Shown: positions 36,264 to 47,268, numbered from the stretch's first letter. The stretch: DNA of 64,000 nucleotides from Alphaproteobacteria bacterium (GCA_964291215.2 OZ219791.1:1120001-1184000), one strand, 5' to 3'. The notes: generated from the letters alone by a model not told the origin. Program-made: numbers and translations.

Positions 36264-39235
36264 TCGCACCAGGACAGCACTCGGTATTCACCATTACGGG
36301 CGGCGCGGACTTCCTGCACCGGCTGGTGCGCGGCATTCTGGAGCGTCACGGGACCGATCCAGATGTCCTTGCCGGCATCCGCATCCTGCTGCCCAACCGG
36401 CGCGCCTGCGCCGCCCTCGGCCACGCCTTCCTGCGCGAGCTGTCAGGCAGGCCCACGCTGCTGCCGGAGATCTCTCCGATCGGCGAGATCGACGACAGTG
36501 ATTTCCTTCGTGAGGAGGATCCCGCCCCCGGCGGGCCGGCGGAGCTTCCGCCGGCAATCTCGCCGCTGCGGCGGCGGCTCCTGCTCGCCCGGATGGTCAT
36601 GGCGCGCGACCACGGCCTTCGCCCGGCTCATGCGCTCCGGCTTGCCGATGGGCTTGCCCGCCTGATCAACGAGGCGCAGACCGAGAGGCTGGACTTTTCT
36701 GCGCTCGCGGATCTGGTGCCGGAGGAACTCGCCGAGCACTGGCAGGACACGCTTCGGTTCCTCAAGATCGTCACCGAAAACTGGCCTCGGATCCTCGCCG
36801 ATCGCGGATGCATGGATCCCGTTGACCGCCGCAACCGGCTGACTGCGGCCCGCGTTGCCGAATGGCGGGAGCGTCCGCTCCGCAGCCCGGTGATCGCTGC
36901 GGGATCTACCGGGACAATACCGGCGACCGCCGATCTGCTCGCCTGCGTCGCCGCCATGGAGGGCGGCGCGGTGGTGCTTCCGGGCCTTGACCGGACGCTC
37001 GATTCCGCGAGCGTCGAGGCGCTGGGACCGGCGCACCCGCAGTTCGGCATGACCCGTCTGGTGCGCGAACGGCTGGAGCTCGAAATCGCCGACATCCCGG
37101 ACTGGTGCGAAGGCCAGCCCGGGCCGGAGCGCCGTCATGCGCTCATCGGCGCCGCGCTCCGGCCACCGGCGACCGCTGCCGGCGCCTTCCTTCCCGATGC
37201 CGCCGCGGAGACCCTTGCCGGAGTGCGGCGGATCTCCTGTCCCGGCCTCCAGCAGGAGGCGCGCGTCATCGCCCTGATGATGCGCGAGGCCCTCGAGATT
37301 CCCGACCGGACGGCCGCTCTGATCACGCCCGACCGCGGGCTTGCGCGGCGCGTTGCCGCCGAACTCGGCCGATGGCGCATCGAGATTGACGATTCGGGCG
37401 GCGCGCCGCTTGCAGCGACGTTCCCCGGCGCCTTTCTCAGGGTCACGGCGGAAGCCGTGGCCTCCGACGCCGCGCCGGTGCCGCTGCTGGCCGCGCTCAA
37501 GCATCCGCTCGCGGCGGCGGGGAACGATCCGGCCAGGTTCCGGCGCCATGTGCGCCTCATCGAACGCACGGTGCTGCGCGGCCCGCGCCCGGAGCCAGGA
37601 TTCGCCGGCCTCGGTCGCGCGATCTCGGAGTCTCCGGCTATCGGCGGTGACGGGCTTCGGTCCGAGCTTGCCGCGCTGGTGGACCGCCTCGGCGCCATGG
37701 CGGAACCGTTCGCCGCGGCGCTGTCGGCGCCGGAGGCAGCGGCCGGGGACCTGCTCGAAGCCCATGTCGGGTTCGTCGAGGCGCTGGCGGCAACCGACCG
37801 GCAGAGCGGGGCCGAGCGCCTGTGGGCGCAGCCGGCGGGCGAGCAGGCGTCGCTGCTGGTTGCCGAGCTCCGCGCGGCAGCGGCCGATTTTCCGGCGATG
37901 GCGGGTGCCGAGTGGCCGGCGGTGCTCGATTCGGCGATCGATCGCACGGTCGTCCGCTTGCCCTACGGCCTGCATCCCCGGCTCAATATCTGGGGGCTTC
38001 TGGAGGCGCGCCTCCAGCACGCCGACCTTGTGATCATGGGCGGGCTCAACGAGGGCGACTGGCCGCCGGGTCCGGCACCGGATCCATGGATGAGCCGGCC
38101 GATGCGCGCCGATTTCGGGTTGCAGCCGCCGGAGCGCCATATCGGCCTCACCGCGCACGACTTCGTGCAGGGATTCTGCGCGCGCGAGGTCGTGCTCACC
38201 CGGTCGACGCGCGTCGACGGCTCGCCGACCGTCCCGGCGCGCTGGCTGGCGCGCCTCGAGACGCTCCTGTCTTCGACGGAAGCGGGGTCCTCGATTCTCG
38301 ATGGTTGGCAGGCCGAAGAAGGGAAATGGCTGCGCTGGCAGGCCGACCTCGACGGCCGTCTGCCGCGCGACGCGAGACCGGCGCCGGCGCCCCGCCCGCC
38401 GGTGGCCGCGCGCCCGGACCGCCTCTCGGTCACCGAGATCGAAACCCTCATACGGGACCCCTACGCGGTTTATGCCAGGCACGTTCTTGGGCTCCGCGCC
38501 CTCGATCCTCTCGATGCGGCGCCGGGCGCCGCCGACCGTGGCACCATCGTTCATGCCGCGATCGAGCGTTTCCTGAGAACCGCTGCAGAGGCGCCGCCGG
38601 AAGATCCGCTGGCGCTCCTGATCGAGATCGGCCGGGAGGAGTTCGAGGAATTCCTCGATCGGCCCGCGGTGCGGGCGTTCTGGTGGCCGCGCTTCGGGCG
38701 CATTGCCGCCTGGATAGTCGAACAGGAGCGCGAACGGGCGCCGCTGATTGCCGCCAGCCATGTCGAGCTCAAGGGCGAGATGACGATCCCCCGGGGCGCG
38801 GGCCCCTTCCTGCTTACCGGCCGCGCTGACCGCATTGATACGTTCACCGGCGGTGACTACGCGATCATCGACTACAAGACAGGCGCCGTGCCGTCGAAGC
38901 GCGACGTGAATTCCGGGCTTGCCCCGCAGCTGCCGCTCGAGGCGGCAATGATCTCGGACGGCGCCTTCGCTGGCATCCCGGCCGGCGAGGTTTCCGAACT
39001 GTCCTATTGGAGGCTGTCGGGCGGCGACCCGGCCGGCGAGATTCGCGACGCCGGGGACGATCCCCGGGTGCTCGCCCAAGTGGCGTACGACGGACTCCGA
39101 ACACTCCTCGAACGCTATGACGATCCCGGGGTCCCCTACCGCGCGCAGCCCGATCCCGATCTTGCGCCCCGGCGCTCGGACTACGAGCATCTTGAACGGG
39201 TGCAGGAATGGTCGGCTTCGGGAGAGGCGGAATGA
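36260..39235 (+). CDS. addB: Double-strand break repair protein AddB
   Basis: LPNRRA, AGSTG, ALITPDR.LARRV, RDPYA, GRADRID..IIDYKTG, PQLPLE. Confidence 0.95.
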   Translation: MIAPGQHSVFTITGGADFLHRLVRGILERHGTDPDVLAGIRILLPNRRACAALGHAFLRELSGRPTLLPEISPIGEIDDSDFLREEDPAPGGPAELPPAISPLRRRLLLARMVMARDHGLRPAHALRLADGLARLINEAQTERLDFSALADLVPEELAEHWQDTLRFLKIVTENWPRILADRGCMDPVDRRNRLTAARVAEWRERPLRSPVIAAGSTGTIPATADLLACVAAMEGGAVVLPGLDRTLDSASVEALGPAHPQFGMTRLVRERLELEIADIPDWCEGQPGPERRHALIGAALRPPATAAGAFLPDAAAETLAGVRRISCPGLQQEARVIALMMREALEIPDRTAALITPDRGLARRVAAELGRWRIEIDDSGGAPLAATFPGAFLRVTAEAVASDAAPVPLLAALKHPLAAAGNDPARFRRHVRLIERTVLRGPRPEPGFAGLGRAISESPAIGGDGLRSELAALVDRLGAMAEPFAAALSAPEAAAGDLLEAHVGFVEALAATDRQSGAERLWAQPAGEQASLLVAELRAAAADFPAMAGAEWPAVLDSAIDRTVVRLPYGLHPRLNIWGLLEARLQHADLVIMGGLNEGDWPPGPAPDPWMSRPMRADFGLQPPERHIGLTAHDFVQGFCAREVVLTRSTRVDGSPTVPARWLARLETLLSSTEAGSSILDGWQAEEGKWLRWQADLDGRLPRDARPAPAPRPPVAARPDRLSVTEIETLIRDPYAVYARHVLGLRALDPLDAAPGAADRGTIVHAAIERFLRTAAEAPPEDPLALLIEIGREEFEEFLDRPAVRAFWWPRFGRIAAWIVEQERERAPLIAASHVELKGEMTIPRGAGPFLLTGRADRIDTFTGGDYAIIDYKTGAVPSKRDVNSGLAPQLPLEAAMISDGAFAGIPAGEVSELSYWRLSGGDPAGEIRDAGDDPRVLAQVAYDGLRTLLERYDDPGVPYRAQPDPDLAPRRSDYEHLERVQEWSASGEAE

Positions 39236-42200
39236 CCGGCACGGCGTCGGCGGGCGCGGTGCCGTATGCGAACCAGGCCACTGCGGCGCGGCCCGAAGCC
39301 AGCGTCTGGGTCTCCGCGTCGGCCGGGTCCGGCAAGACAAAGGTCCTGGCCGATCGCGTCCTGCGCCTCTTGCTCGCCGGCACGCGGCCGGAACGAATTC
39401 TCTGCCTCACCTTCACACGCGCCGCCGCCGCGGAGATGCACAACCGCATCCGCCTCCTGCTGGGGCAGTGGGCGGTGGAGGATGACGGCGCGCTGTTGGA
39501 GAACCTGCGCGGCCTGACAGGCGCGGTGCCGGACGAGCGGATGATGGCGCGCGCGCGGGGGCTGTTCGCCGATGTGCTCGACGCCCCGGGCGGCCTCGGC
39601 ATCCTCACCATACACGCGTTCTGCCAGTCACTTCTCGGCCGCTTTCCGCTCGAGGCCGGGATCGCGCCTCATTTCGAGGTCATGGACGAACGCGCGACGG
39701 CCGACGCGCTGGCGGCGGCCCGGGACAGCGTGCTGAGCCTGGCCCATGGCGACGGCGGCGACGATCTGTTCGCGGCTGCCGAGACCGTGACCGCGCTGGT
39801 CGGCGAGGAAGAGTTCATCCAGCTCCTCGGTCAGATCACGGCGGCCCGGAGCCGCATACGGCGGATGATCGATCGCCGCGGCGGCGTCGCGGCCACGGCC
39901 GCATGGCTGCGCACGGCGATGGAGATTCCTCACGGCGAGACGGTCGCCTCCACGATAGCCGCCTTCCACGGCCGCGTCGGGGAGCGCACGGCGGCCCTTG
40001 GCGGGGCCGCCAAGGCGCTGGCCGGCGGCAGCAGGAGCGACAGCGAACGAGCGGCCAGAATTTTCGCCTGGTTGGAGACACCCGAGCCGTCGGAATCCGC
40101 CTTCGACGACTATGCCGGAGCCTTCCTCACCAATGCCGGTACGGTGCGCGCGCGGCTTGCGACCAGGCCGGTCTGCGATGCGATGCCGGAGATCGAGGAC
40201 ATTCTGGTCGCGGAAGCGCTTGCTGTGCTCGATGTCGTCGAACGCCGCTGCGCGATCCGCACTGCGGATGCCACCGGGGCGATTCTCGTCATCGCCGGCG
40301 CCGTGCTCGGGCATTACGAGCGGCACAAGGACCGCCAGGCGCTTCTCGATTACGACGACCTGATACTGAAGACACGCGGACTCGTCGACGAGGCCGCGCC
40401 CTGGGTGCTGTTCAAGCTCGACGGCGGGATCGATCATGTCCTGATAGACGAGGCACAGGACAGCAACGCCGACCAGTGGGAGATCGTGCGCGCGCTCACC
40501 GACGAGTTCTTCGCCGGTTCCGCGGCGCGCGAGGCGCGGCGCACGGTGTTTGCCGTCGGCGACGAGAAGCAGTCGATCTTCGGGTTCCAGGGGGCGGCGC
40601 CGGACGAGTTCGCGCGCATGAAGGGGTATTTTGAAGTGCGCGTCACCGCGGCCCGGCTGCAGTGGGAAGCGGTGCCGCTCGACAAGTCGTTCCGCTCCAC
40701 CCCTGCCGTGCTCCGCGCGGTCGATACCGTCTTCGCCGCCGATGACGTGCGTGAAGGGGTCTCGATCGGTCCCGTGAGCCACAGCTCCAATCGCGAGTTG
40801 CAAGCCGGGCTCGTCGAGGTCTGGCCCCCTGTCATGCCGGCTAGGCGCGACGAGAGGCCGCCGTGGCAGTTCGCCGCCGGAACGGATGCAGAAGAGGCAC
40901 CGCCGGCGGAACGCCTGGCGCTGGCGATCGCCGACCGGGTTTCATCCTGGATCCGGGACGGCGAGATCCTCTCAAGCACCGGACGGGCGATCCGCGCGGG
41001 TGACATCATGGTCCTGATCCGGCGCCGGACCGTGATCGTCGACTATCTTTCCCGGGCGCTCAAGGCCGCCGGCGTCGAGGTCGCCGGTGCCGACCGCATG
41101 GTGGTTGCCGACCAGCTTGCGGTGCAGGATCTGATGGCGCTGGCGGCATTTGCGCTGCTGCCTGAGGACGACCTGAATCTGGCGGCCGTGCTCAAGGGGC
41201 CGCTGATCGGATTCGGCGAGGAACAGCTCTTCGAGGCATGCCATGGCCGCGAGAGGATGCCGTTGTGGCGCGCGCTTCGCGAGCGTGCGGGCTCGGATGC
41301 TACCGCGCGGCGCGCGGTCGAGCTCCTGGAGGATGTCCGCGGGCGCGCCGACGCGACCCCGCCCTTCGAGTTCTTCGCCCATGTTCTCGGACCCCTCGAG
41401 GGACGGGCGCGCATCGTCGCGCGGCTTGGAGAGCAGGCCAACGATCCCGTCGACGAGATGCTCGCTATGGCGCTTGCCTACGAGTGGGCGCATCCGCAGT
41501 CGCTGCAGGGATTCCTGCACTGGTTCTGGCAGGGCCAGGCCGAGATCAAGCGCGACATGGACCGGGGCATTCGCGACGAGGTCCGGATTCTCACCGTGCA
41601 CGGCGCCAAGGGGCTCGAGGCGCCGATCGTGTTTCTTGCCGACACGATGCAGACGCCTCAGCCGGGGCGCGGGCTGCTGTGGGGGACGGACGATGATGGT
41701 GGCGACCTGATGCTCTGGCCTCCGCGCGCCGCCGACCGGCCGGAACTGGCTCGCCGGTTTGCGGACGACGCGGCCCGGCGTCAGGACGAGGAGTATCGGC
41801 GGCTCCTCTATGTCGCGATGACGCGGGCGGAAGATCGCCTCTATGTTTGCGGTTACGGCACCCGCAAGAGCCCGCCGGAAAACTGCTGGTACCGGCTGGT
41901 TTTTTCCGGTCTCGAAGGCACGGCGGCGCCGTTCGAATTCGATTGCCGGGGTGGCAGCGCGGGCGATTTGGGCTGGTCGGAGACCGGGATGAGATTGTCC
42001 AATCCGCAGTCTGAGCCTCCGGACCGGGGCGGCGTGGAGGCGCCGCCGGCGGCCGGCGACGAGCCGCTGCCCGAATGGGCAGACGAGGACGCGCCACAGG
42101 AACCCGCGCCGCCGCGCCCGTTGGCGCCGTCGCGCCCGGACGGCGACGAACCCGCGGCCCGGTCTCCGACGGGCGGCGACGGCGGCGCGATGTTCCGGCG

Positions 42201-42681
42201 CGGGCTGCTGATCCACCGCCTGCTGCAGTTGCTTCCCGATCTCGAGGCGGGCGCGCGGCGCGGCGCGGCGCGGCGTTTTCTGGACAGTCCGGCACACGGT
42301 CTCGATGATGACCAGATCGCGGAACTCCTCGAAGAGATCTTTCGCGTTCTCGACAAACCCGAATACGCGTCCGTCTTCGGGCCGGGGTCGCGGCCCGAGG
42401 TTCCCGTGGTCGGGGTGGTTGGCGACACTGCGATTTCGGGCCGGATCGACCGGCTGGTCGTCGAGCCGGACCGGGTCCGCATCCTTGATTTCAAGACCAA
42501 CCGCCCGCCGCCCGTGCGGCCTGGGGACGTGCCGCGGGGCTACGTCCGCCAGATGGCTGCGTACCGGGCCCTGATCTCGGACGTATATCCGGGCCGCGAG
42601 ATCGAGTGCAGCCTGCTCTGGACTGATGGCCCGCGCCTGATGACGCTTGCGTCCGACATGCTTGATGCGGCCGCACCTTGA
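39232..42681 (+). CDS. addA: Double-strand break repair helicase/nuclease AddA
   Basis: ASAGSGKT, DEAQD, VGDEKQSI, TVHGAKGLE, LYVAMTRA, GRIDRL..DFKT. Confidence 0.96.
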   Translation: MTGTASAGAVPYANQATAARPEASVWVSASAGSGKTKVLADRVLRLLLAGTRPERILCLTFTRAAAAEMHNRIRLLLGQWAVEDDGALLENLRGLTGAVPDERMMARARGLFADVLDAPGGLGILTIHAFCQSLLGRFPLEAGIAPHFEVMDERATADALAAARDSVLSLAHGDGGDDLFAAAETVTALVGEEEFIQLLGQITAARSRIRRMIDRRGGVAATAAWLRTAMEIPHGETVASTIAAFHGRVGERTAALGGAAKALAGGSRSDSERAARIFAWLETPEPSESAFDDYAGAFLTNAGTVRARLATRPVCDAMPEIEDILVAEALAVLDVVERRCAIRTADATGAILVIAGAVLGHYERHKDRQALLDYDDLILKTRGLVDEAAPWVLFKLDGGIDHVLIDEAQDSNADQWEIVRALTDEFFAGSAAREARRTVFAVGDEKQSIFGFQGAAPDEFARMKGYFEVRVTAARLQWEAVPLDKSFRSTPAVLRAVDTVFAADDVREGVSIGPVSHSSNRELQAGLVEVWPPVMPARRDERPPWQFAAGTDAEEAPPAERLALAIADRVSSWIRDGEILSSTGRAIRAGDIMVLIRRRTVIVDYLSRALKAAGVEVAGADRMVVADQLAVQDLMALAAFALLPEDDLNLAAVLKGPLIGFGEEQLFEACHGRERMPLWRALRERAGSDATARRAVELLEDVRGRADATPPFEFFAHVLGPLEGRARIVARLGEQANDPVDEMLAMALAYEWAHPQSLQGFLHWFWQGQAEIKRDMDRGIRDEVRILTVHGAKGLEAPIVFLADTMQTPQPGRGLLWGTDDDGGDLMLWPPRAADRPELARRFADDAARRQDEEYRRLLYVAMTRAEDRLYVCGYGTRKSPPENCWYRLVFSGLEGTAAPFEFDCRGGSAGDLGWSETGMRLSNPQSEPPDRGGVEAPPAAGDEPLPEWADEDAPQEPAPPRPLAPSRPDGDEPAARSPTGGDGGAMFRRGLLIHRLLQLLPDLEAGARRGAARRFLDSPAHGLDDDQIAELLEEIFRVLDKPEYASVFGPGSRPEVPVVGVVGDTAISGRIDRLVVEPDRVRILDFKTNRPPPVRPGDVPRGYVRQMAAYRALISDVYPGREIECSLLWTDGPRLMTLASDMLDAAAP

Positions 42682-42776
42682 CCCGCGCCGAGGGAGATTC
42701 TAGTTTGCGGATGTCCGCGAACGGCGGATGAACCATTCAGGCCGCAGTCATTGCGGCCCCGCACGAAGGGGCGAAC

Positions 42777-43097
42777 ATGGCGAGCAAATCCGTTTCCGAC
42801 GACTCATTCGAAAACGAGGTACTTGGCGCAGACGGCGCAGTTCTGGTCGATTTCTGGGCCGAGTGGTGCGGTCCCTGCAAGCAGATCGGACCGTCCCTTG
42901 AGGAGATTTCGGAGGAGATGGCGGACAAGATCACCGTCGTGAAGGTAAATATCGACGACAATCCGATGACCCCCTCGAAATACGGCGTCAGGGGCATTCC
43001 GACCCTGATGCTGTTCAAGGACGGAGGCCTGGCGGCAACCAAGGTCGGCGCATTGCCCAAGGGCAAGATCGTCGAGTGGATCCAGTCTTCGATCTGA
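42777..43097 (+). CDS. trxA: Thioredoxin
   Basis: WAEWCGPCK; follows addA. Confidence 0.97.
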   Translation: MASKSVSDDSFENEVLGADGAVLVDFWAEWCGPCKQIGPSLEEISEEMADKITVVKVNIDDNPMTPSKYGVRGIPTLMLFKDGGLAATKVGALPKGKIVEWIQSSI

Positions 43098-43281
43098 CCG
43101 CCCCGCATGGCGGGCCGGTCTCGGCACCGGCCGGTTTCCGAGTCCTGCCGGCAGACAACGCAACGGAAACGGAGCGGCCTTCCTGCTTCCGGCGGTGAGG
43201 GTTGCCACGATGCCCGGCGAATGGCCGGTTGGCGGGCGGGCACGCGCCACCGCTTCCCCTGAATCTGCTGCAGGAGCCGCC

Positions 43282-44451
43282 ATGGCCGAGATCGCATCCA
43301 TCGAAACCGTGCCGGTCGAGCTTCCGACGCGGCGCGAACACAAGTGGACGGGGCTGACCGAGCCAATCGGCCGCTACGTCCTGGTCCGCGTGGCCTCGGA
43401 CGAAGGCGTCGAGGGCTGGGGCGAAGCGCCCGCGCTCAAGGACTGGGGCGGTGAGTTCGGGCGTTATTTCGGCGAGTCGCCGGCAATCACGGATGTTGTC
43501 ATTGCCAACTATCTGGCGCCGGCTGTCGCCGGGATGGAGGTCGGCAACATTGCTGAGGCCCATACCCGCATGGATGCGGTCATCAAGGGCTACCCCTATG
43601 CCAAGGCGGCTGTCGAGCTTGCGCTGTTCGATGTCGCCGCACGCACGCTCGGGGTTCCGGTGCACATGCTCCTCGGAGGCCGCGTTCGGGACCGGATTCC
43701 GGTGACCCATTCGATAGGGCTCCTCGATTTTGCCGAGGCGGAGCGAGAGTGCGTCAGGGTGGTCACCGAAGGCATCCGCACCATCAAGATCAAGGTCGGC
43801 GTGGATCCGGAACGCGATGTCGAGATGGTGCGCCGCATCCGCGAGACGGTGGGACCAGAGATCAATCTGTGTGTCGACGCGAATGAAGGATACCGGACAC
43901 CCGGAGCTGCGGTGCAGATCATTCGCAGGATGGAGCCGTACGGTTTGATCTATGTCGAGCAGCCGGTCGAGGGAATCGAGCGCACGGCCGAGGTCGCGCG
44001 CGCCATCGACGCGCCGGTGATGCTCGACGAGTCCGCCTGGAACGCGCATGACGTGCTTCGTATCATCGAGACGCAGGCGGCGGATATCGTGTCGCTCTAC
44101 ACGACCAAGCCCGGCGGCCTGCTCAAGGCGATGGAAACCGCGGCCGTGTGCCGGGCAGCTGGCATCGTCTGCAACGTCAACGGCTCGGTCGAGACCGGGG
44201 TCGGTAATCTCGCCAACCTGCAGCTTGCGGCGGCGGCGGCGGCGGCGGAGTTGTCCTGCGTGGTGCCGGTCTCGACGCCGGCGGAGGCCCGCGGAGACCG
44301 GATCGCGGGAATCTACTACCGCGACGATTTCCTGGCCGAACCGATGCATCTCGTCGACGGTGCGATACGGCTTCCGGAGGGGCCGGGCATGGGCATCGAG
44401 GTCGATCCGGAGAAGGTCGCGGCCTATCGGCTGGATTCCTGCGATGGCTGA
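43282..44451 (+). CDS. Mandelate racemase/muconate lactonizing enzyme (enolase) superfamily protein
   Basis: GWGEA, KIK, DAN, EQP, DES, KPGG, GPGMG; SD AGGAG. Confidence 0.88.
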   Translation: MAEIASIETVPVELPTRREHKWTGLTEPIGRYVLVRVASDEGVEGWGEAPALKDWGGEFGRYFGESPAITDVVIANYLAPAVAGMEVGNIAEAHTRMDAVIKGYPYAKAAVELALFDVAARTLGVPVHMLLGGRVRDRIPVTHSIGLLDFAEAERECVRVVTEGIRTIKIKVGVDPERDVEMVRRIRETVGPEINLCVDANEGYRTPGAAVQIIRRMEPYGLIYVEQPVEGIERTAEVARAIDAPVMLDESAWNAHDVLRIIETQAADIVSLYTTKPGGLLKAMETAAVCRAAGIVCNVNGSVETGVGNLANLQLAAAAAAAELSCVVPVSTPAEARGDRIAGIYYRDDFLAEPMHLVDGAIRLPEGPGMGIEVDPEKVAAYRLDSCDG

Positions 44452-44463
44452 GGGAGAGCGGCG

Positions 44464-45597
44464 TTGCGCGCCGAGGTGATCGACCGCCTGGTCCGGGAAA
44501 TGCGCGCCCGGGGCCATGATGCCGAGATCATGTGCTCGCCGGAGAACTTCGCCTACGTTACCGGTTTCGTGGTTCCGTCGCAGCCGCTGCTGCGCCACCG
44601 CCATGCCATGGCGGTGGTCACTGCCGACGGTGAGGTGTCGCTGTGCGGGGTCGACATGGAGGCGACGACGATCAGCACCCACGCTCCCGACGCGTCGCTC
44701 AGGGTCTGGGCCGAGTTCGCCGACGACCCGATGGAGGTCCTGGGTTCGATGTTGTCCGATCTTGGGCTCGCCGGTTCGGAGGCAGGCATCGAGACGGGGT
44801 ATCTTCCGGCGGCGGACTTCGGACGGCTGAAGCGGCTGCTGCCCGGTGTCCGCTTCGTCGCCAACGATGACATCCTCGCGCGGCAGCGCCAGATAAAGAC
44901 AGCGGACGAGATCGCGCTGTTGCGGCGGCTGTCGCGGATTGCCGACGAGGCGATCGTCGGCGCGCTCGGATCGGTGCGGCGCGGCGACAGCGAGATGGAC
45001 GTTGCCGGCCATCTGACCGGTGGAATCTACGAACTTGGCGCGCACGATTTCAGGCTGATGATCGTTGCCACCGGGGAGCGCAGCCAGCTTCCCAATGTCG
45101 GTCCCAGCATGCGCCGCCTCGAGAGCGGAGACGTCTGCAGGGTCGAGATCTTCGCCATCATCGACGGCTATCATGCCGGGGTCTGCCGCACGGCGTGCGT
45201 CGACGCGCCGCCGCCCCATGCGGCGGACATCTGGCAGGTGCTGGTCGAATGCAAGCACCTTCTTCTCGACCGAATCCGCCCGGGGGCGAGCTGCCGCGAT
45301 ATCTATCGTGCGTTCGCCTCGCAGCTGGCCCGCTACAACCTGCCGCCGATCTCGTTCGCCGGGCACGGGATCGGGCTGTTCCTGCACGAAGATCCCTATA
45401 TTGGCGATACGCCGGTCATCGGTTCGAAGGAAGACGCGTTCCTCGAGGCGGGAATGGTTTTCGGGGTCGAGCCGCTCTGCTACTGCACCGGGCACGGATT
45501 CGGGATGCAGAACAAGGACATGGTTCTGGTCACGGAGAACGGATGCGAACTGCTTTCGGACCGGGCGGACACGGACAGTCTGATGCTGATTCGGTGA
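44464..45597 (+). CDS. M24/creatinase-fold protein with atypical metal ligands
   Basis: ENFAYVTGF, R.IKT.DEI, GHGIGL.LHE, VEP; TTG start after GAGGGAG. Confidence 0.82.
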   Translation: MRAEVIDRLVREMRARGHDAEIMCSPENFAYVTGFVVPSQPLLRHRHAMAVVTADGEVSLCGVDMEATTISTHAPDASLRVWAEFADDPMEVLGSMLSDLGLAGSEAGIETGYLPAADFGRLKRLLPGVRFVANDDILARQRQIKTADEIALLRRLSRIADEAIVGALGSVRRGDSEMDVAGHLTGGIYELGAHDFRLMIVATGERSQLPNVGPSMRRLESGDVCRVEIFAIIDGYHAGVCRTACVDAPPPHAADIWQVLVECKHLLLDRIRPGASCRDIYRAFASQLARYNLPPISFAGHGIGLFLHEDPYIGDTPVIGSKEDAFLEAGMVFGVEPLCYCTGHGFGMQNKDMVLVTENGCELLSDRADTDSLMLIR

Positions 45598-45788
45598 CGC
45601 CCGGGCTAGGCCCGGACTCGGCGCGGCCGCCGCAGGGCCTGCGGACGCCAGCACCAAGTCCCGTTCGGGCTGATGCTCCCGATCCGGGTGTCACCGTGTG
45701 CGGCGGGTTTCGAGGGGAAGCGTAACCGGCGCCAGGATCCTATCCTGTGGCGTCAAGCGTGAAGGCTGCGGGGCCGCTGCCCCCGGGT

Positions 45789-46445
45789 TCAGTGCGGCGT
45801 CTGGGTCAGCGCCATGACGATCGAACGTTCGATCTCGACAATGGCGCTTCCGACCTCGCGGCCGATCAGGTCCATTTGGCGCAACTGCGCGATCCGGGTT
45901 GCGGCCCGCTCGAGTTCCCTGGGGGCGAAGATGTCGCCGAGAATGTCGCAGGCATCCGCCAAGCAGATCATGGCCGCGTCCCTCGGATCCGGTATGTCGT
46001 CGGACAGGAGCACATCGGTCAGGCGCAGCTTTGCCTCCCGCTGGGCGCGGCCGTCAATGATCGGATACTTGCGTTCCCTGAACACCCAGAGGAATTTCTG
46101 ATCCTGCACTTCGAGAACGCCGTGTTCGACGAGGCTGGCGAGCGCCAAGTCGCGAAGGTCCGACGCGCCCTGTCGCGCCAGCAGTTCTATCCAGCCTGCG
46201 GTGTCCCTGGTTTCCTCGCTCTCGGTGATGCGGTCGAGGGTGCGGTCGAGAATCGCATTTCCCGTCGGGGTGCGGTTCAGGACGATCAGGCGTTCGGGAT
46301 CGGTATCGATCCGGTTCTTGAACGCGAGGTCCATCAAGGTTGAGCCGGCGACGATGAACGCCGTGGTGCTCTCGCGGAGTGGAAGGAACGAGCCGTCCTC
46401 GTCGTCGAGCATGAGGAGGAGGATTTCTTCGGTGATTGTCAGCAT
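45789..46445 (-). CDS. GPP34/GOLPH3-family protein
   Basis: LTITEEILLLMLDD, AG..LMDL...RID, LV..GVL..KFLWVF...YP. Confidence 0.8.
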   Translation of the reverse strand: MLTITEEILLLMLDDEDGSFLPLRESTTAFIVAGSTLMDLAFKNRIDTDPERLIVLNRTPTGNAILDRTLDRITESEETRDTAGWIELLARQGASDLRDLALASLVEHGVLEVQDQKFLWVFRERKYPIIDGRAQREAKLRLTDVLLSDDIPDPRDAAMICLADACDILGDIFAPRELERAATRIAQLRQMDLIGREVGSAIVEIERSIVMALTQTPH

Positions 46446-46460
46446 GACAGTTCCAGTCGG

Positions 46461-46796
46461 TCAGGAAGCCGCGGCCAGCGCGGAATCGCGCGTATCGTAG
46501 CAATCGAGGATCTGCATGAAGCCGCTGATCTCGAATACCGACTTGCACTCGGGCTGCAGCGAGCAGAGTGTCAGCTTGCCGTTGCGCTGCTGACAGCTCT
46601 TGGCGCCAACTATGACTGCGCGGAGGCCGGCGCTGCTGATATATTCCATCTTCTCGCAGTCGAGGACCAGCTGCACCTCCCCGCGTTCGATGATTTCCTT
46701 GACCTTGCTCTCGAGGTCCGGCGCGCTGAAGCCGTCAAGCCGCCCCGCAATTCCGACAACGGTAACGGATCCGGCGGTCTCTTCTTCAAGTCTCAT
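46461..46796 (-). CDS. STAS-domain anti-sigma factor antagonist
   Basis: GRLD..SA, LD....YISSAGLR, VFEISGF. Confidence 0.92.
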   Translation of the reverse strand: MRLEEETAGSVTVVGIAGRLDGFSAPDLESKVKEIIERGEVQLVLDCEKMEYISSAGLRAVIVGAKSCQQRNGKLTLCSLQPECKSVFEISGFMQILDCYDTRDSALAAAS

Positions 46797-47268
46797 TGTC
46801 CGATCACTTTCCGTGTTTTCGCTAGGTTCTCCTGAACAGCATGATTGCTCCTGCTGGTCAGCCTAGTTCAAGCGCATATCTGGCGCAAGCCGGAATCGCG
46901 AACAAAATCAGGGTCTCTCCCATCCGGTTCGGTCCGATGCGGCCGTGACGCTCCGGTTTGCGGTTTCTCCCCCGGGTGTGCGGGCGCCCCTTGCAGCGGT
47001 CCGTCGGTGCCGGTGCGGGTTTTTCACGATACGGGCAGAGCGCCAAGAGCCCCCCGATGTCTGGATCGGACTGATGGCGGTGCTCGCGGCGATCATGGCG
47101 GTGGAGGCGCAGTGATGGTGAACGGCACCGTCCCTGCGCCAGCAGTTCGACACCTTCCGGAAGCGGTTCCACGATCTCCGCAAGCAGGACGATTACGCAA
47201 CCTGATGTCTGGAAATTGTCGTGAAGCTGATCGAGCTGTTCCCATTTGATGTATGCCTTGGTTTCGGT

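Noticed and set aside
36443-45657. Long antisense ORFs (965 aa, 880 aa and others)
   Set aside because: Shadow frames of GC-rich genes with no motifs
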